DNA of 64,000 nucleotides from an uncultured Bacilli bacterium (GTDB lineage Bacteria; Bacillota_I; Bacilli_A; RF39; UBA660): NCBI GenBank assembly GCA_947629315.1, contig CANRDB010000001.1, positions 4,829 to 68,828 of the forward strand, read 5' to 3'. Shown piece by piece: positions 61,042 to 64,000 of this stretch (position 1 is its first letter; each line of letters starts with the position of its first letter). The notes under the pieces were generated by a model. It saw only the letters and a program-made list of their open reading frames with translations, ran no database searches and was not told where the DNA came from. The position numbers and the translations under genes were made by a program.

Positions 61042-62232
61042 TTATTTTAATTTTCCCTTTACCCCTTTAATTCCTTTAGATCCCATCACATATCCACTTA
61101 AGATGTTCGTATCAAAAACATAGATTTTCTTCTGTTTTTCTTTATAATCTTTAATAGCTAAAGTAATCATATCATCTAAAAGTTCTTGATATTTCTTACC
61201 AGTAGGTTCCCAAAGATAGAATGATAAACTACCTGGAATTGTGTTTGGTTCATTTAAATATACCTTTTTAGTTTCTTTGTCAATCAAAAAATCAATTCTA
61301 CAAACGCCACTTAAATTGAGCGCTCGAAAGGCTTCACAAGCTAAATCTCTAACTTCCTTCGTCATATGATGGTCAATCCGCGCTGGAATAATTCTACTAG
61401 CACTCGCCATACCTTTGCTTGCCTTTCCTTTTCCACCACCGATATATTTATCCTGATAAGTTAAGAAATCATCTGTCGATAGTACTTCTTCTATCTCACT
61501 CGTTTCTTGATGAGCATAATTACCAAGAACACTACAATTGACCTCTACTAAATTAGGAACGGCTTTTTCAACCACTATCTTTTGATCGTATTGTATAGCA
61601 GTTTCAATAGCTCCTGGTAAATCTTTATCCTTTTTCACAAAAGTAATCCCCACACTACTTCCCAATGTCGCTGGTTTTACGATGACAGGAAGTCCTAATT
61701 TTTGAATTTTTTTAATAATATCGTTAGAGGATTCTGCATATTCTGTATCATAGAACCAAACATAATCGACAATTGGTAAATTCATAGAGGCAAATACTTG
61801 TTTCATCACTACCTTATCTTGACCTAGAGCAGAACCTAAAACACCACTTCCTACAGTTGGAATTCCTATCGTTTTCAAATATCCATGAAGAGTTCCATCC
61901 TCTACATTATTTCCATGAACAATTGGAAAAGCAACATCTAATTCTGTGATATTTTTACGGAATAATCCCTTTTGCTTTTGAAGGTAGAATTTTCCATTTT
62001 TAGAAACTAGCACACAAGGAATTGCATATTTTTTCAAATCCGTAAAGTCTTTATATACTTCGATATCTAAAAGCATATGACCAGTATACCATGTACGGTC
62101 TTTCGCGATATAAATTGGTACAATGTCATACTTATCATGATTCATATTTTCGATAGCTTGTAAAGCAGAAATAATACTAACTTCGTGTTCTACTGTTTCT
62201 CCTCCAAAAATAACACCAACTTTAATTCTCAT
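61042..62232 (-). CDS. ddl: D-alanine--D-alanine ligase family (ATP-grasp)
   Basis: GGETVEHEVSIISA N-terminus and an ATP-grasp core; adjacent to murF. Confidence 0.7.
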   Translation of the reverse strand: MRIKVGVIFGGETVEHEVSIISALQAIENMNHDKYDIVPIYIAKDRTWYTGHMLLDIEVYKDFTDLKKYAIPCVLVSKNGKFYLQKQKGLFRKNITELDVAFPIVHGNNVEDGTLHGYLKTIGIPTVGSGVLGSALGQDKVVMKQVFASMNLPIVDYVWFYDTEYAESSNDIIKKIQKLGLPVIVKPATLGSSVGITFVKKDKDLPGAIETAIQYDQKIVVEKAVPNLVEVNCSVLGNYAHQETSEIEEVLSTDDFLTYQDKYIGGGKGKASKGMASASRIIPARIDHHMTKEVRDLACEAFRALNLSGVCRIDFLIDKETKKVYLNEPNTIPGSLSFYLWEPTGKKYQELLDDMITLAIKDYKEKQKKIYVFDTNILSGYVMGSKGIKGVKGKLK

Positions 62233-62244
62233 AACATCACTCCT

Positions 62245-63828
62245 TTATTCATTAAATAAATCTGGTAAATCATTTTCCAATAATACATAAGTTTCTTCTT
62301 TTTTTATCTTCTGGATGAGTGGAAAAGCTTGTTTTACATCCTTTAAGACATAAATGTGATTTTCATTAAATTTTGCCTCTAACAAGCCTTCATAAATGGG
62401 TTTCGTTTGTTCTTCGCCAACTAGGATAGCATAATCTACCTGTTCTGCAATTTCCATCCCTAATTTTTTATTCTCTTCCCATTGTTTTTCTCCTAATTCA
62501 ATCATTCCAGGAGTAACCACAATCTTTTCACCTGGCATCATTCCTAAAACCTCTAAAGCATCTTTCGCACCTACTGGATTAGAGTTATAGGCATCATCAA
62601 TGATATATAAATTTCCTATTAATTTTAATTCTAAACGATGTTCTACTGGCTGCAAACGACTAACTGCCCTTTTTAAATCTTCTATACTAATACCTAATTT
62701 ATATCCCAATAAAACACCCTGTAAAATATTATAAATATTATGTTTTCCTAACAATTTTGTACGAAAAGAATAGACGTTACTATCTCCTTTGAAATGGACA
62801 TCAAAGCAACTTCCCTCGCTAGAAAGTTTAATATTCGTAGCATAGGCATCTACTTTATGATTCGTAATTCCTACCCAATATAGTGCACATTTATTTTTTA
62901 CTGGATACTGAAGTTGATAGACATCATCTCCATTTAAAACAGCAAAACCATTCTCTGGAAGAGATTCCACTAGTTCAAACTTTCCTTCTTGAATGTTTTG
63001 TTGACTACCAAAACTTTCCAAATGGGCCTCTCCAATGACCGTTAAGACTCCATAAGTTGGTTTCATTAATCGACAGGTAGCAGCAATTTCTCCCTTTTTG
63101 AAAGCACCCATCTCCGCAATAAAATAATCTTCAAATTTATCGAGATAATTATTAATAGAATTAATCAGTCCATAAGGAGTATTAAAATTTTTAGGACTAA
63201 CAAACGTATTATATTTAATACTCAATATCTCATAAATAATATTTTTACTACTCGTCTTGCCATAACTACCAGTTACTCCAATGACGGGAATATGATACTC
63301 ATTCATTTTCTTCATAGCCTGTTTTTTATAATGCCAATAAACACATTTCTCGATAGGAATATTAAAAACATTCGCTACAGCAACGACAAAGTAAGATAAG
63401 TAGGTCAAAAGTCCTAAAAATAAATAATCCCATAAAAGATTCTGTTCACAGTAAGTAATGGACATGAACCCAATGATTAAGAAATAAATAAGAAAAATGG
63501 TAATCATTAATCTTTTGACACGAGATGTCACCACCAATGGTTTTTTTACTTGTTCTTTATTTCTTCGGGCATTATACTCTGCCGCTAATAAGAAATAAAA
63601 AACACCAAAAATAATTGCTGGAAGATATCCATTTAGAAAAAATAGAAAAGTCAAGATTGGAAACCATATATCTAATTCCAACCACACTTTTTTTGGATTC
63701 TTAAATATCCATAGAAAATATCTCCGCGATTCATCATAGTAATTTTGTTGTAACATATGAATTGCTTTTTTTAGTTTAAATAGGGTAAAAATCAAATATG
63801 GTACTAAGGAAATTAGAAATAAAGTCAT
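62245..63828 (-). CDS. murF: UDP-MurNAc-tripeptide--D-Ala-D-Ala ligase (MurF) with a ~170-aa polytopic membrane N-terminal extension
   Basis: IGVTGSYGKTSSK Mur-ligase P-loop after about five predicted TM helices. Confidence 0.7.
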   Translation of the reverse strand: MTLFLISLVPYLIFTLFKLKKAIHMLQQNYYDESRRYFLWIFKNPKKVWLELDIWFPILTFLFFLNGYLPAIIFGVFYFLLAAEYNARRNKEQVKKPLVVTSRVKRLMITIFLIYFLIIGFMSITYCEQNLLWDYLFLGLLTYLSYFVVAVANVFNIPIEKCVYWHYKKQAMKKMNEYHIPVIGVTGSYGKTSSKNIIYEILSIKYNTFVSPKNFNTPYGLINSINNYLDKFEDYFIAEMGAFKKGEIAATCRLMKPTYGVLTVIGEAHLESFGSQQNIQEGKFELVESLPENGFAVLNGDDVYQLQYPVKNKCALYWVGITNHKVDAYATNIKLSSEGSCFDVHFKGDSNVYSFRTKLLGKHNIYNILQGVLLGYKLGISIEDLKRAVSRLQPVEHRLELKLIGNLYIIDDAYNSNPVGAKDALEVLGMMPGEKIVVTPGMIELGEKQWEENKKLGMEIAEQVDYAILVGEEQTKPIYEGLLEAKFNENHIYVLKDVKQAFPLIQKIKKEETYVLLENDLPDLFNE

Positions 63829-63836
63829 ACCATCAC

Positions 63837-64000
63837 CTAACTTTCTAAAAACACTCTCACAACATTAATCGTCCTTTTTAATCCCTCTAAATATGCATAG
63901 TGACTTCCTCCAGGATAGAGAATGACACCCGCATCTCGAATCAATTTTTCTAATTCATAAGCACATTCTAAAGGAACTGCTTCATCCTGATCTCCCCATA
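63837..64000 (-). CDS. C-terminal end of an alpha/beta-hydrolase-like protein; partial, its 5' portion lies beyond the window end
   Basis: Reverse strand reads …WGDQDEAVPLECAYELEKLIRDAGVILYPGGSHYAYLEGLKRTINVVRVFLES*. The stop lies 8 bp before the murF start. Confidence 0.4.
   Translation of the reverse strand, partial: WGDQDEAVPLECAYELEKLIRDAGVILYPGGSHYAYLEGLKRTINVVRVFLES

Overview
This 64-kb window is low-GC chromosomal DNA from an endospore-forming Firmicute. All gene identifications below were made by reading ORF translations and recalling conserved motifs; no database search was run.

The flanks are housekeeping. On the left: a partial U32 peptidase, rny, recA with a consensus sigma-A promoter, radC-mreC-mreD, ftsK/spoIIIE, eno, then sporulation genes spoIIIAH, gerE and a gerM-like gene, and tRNA-Arg(TCT). 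On the right: a SIMPL protein, serS with a T-box leader, a CDF transporter, polA, a HerA-like ATPase, a cinA C-terminal domain, a prs-like gene, a MacB-type ABC transporter with a MarR regulator, an SDR, an ADP-ribosylglycohydrolase, tRNA-Arg(CCT), and ddl-murF, where MurF carries a polytopic N-terminal membrane domain.

The centre, about 14.6-40.5 kb, is an accessory-looking region. It holds a giant divergent SecA-like gene split by a +1 frameshift at an A6 tract. It also holds an ~11-kb cluster in which collagen-like (Gly-Pro-Thr)n gene segments are interleaved with three paralogous large serine recombinases. Two of the collagen segments have no start codon and abut a recombinase stop codon directly. 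Short conserved junction motifs surround the recombinases. One collagen segment is translationally coupled to a GT2/TPR glycosyltransferase. Downstream lies a five-gene operon of extracytoplasmic peptidases with proline-rich type-II membrane paralogs, plus a class-B sortase.

I think the recombinase/collagen cluster is the most interesting candidate in the window. It may be a mother-cell DNA-rearrangement or cassette system that assembles BclA-like spore-surface glycoproteins.
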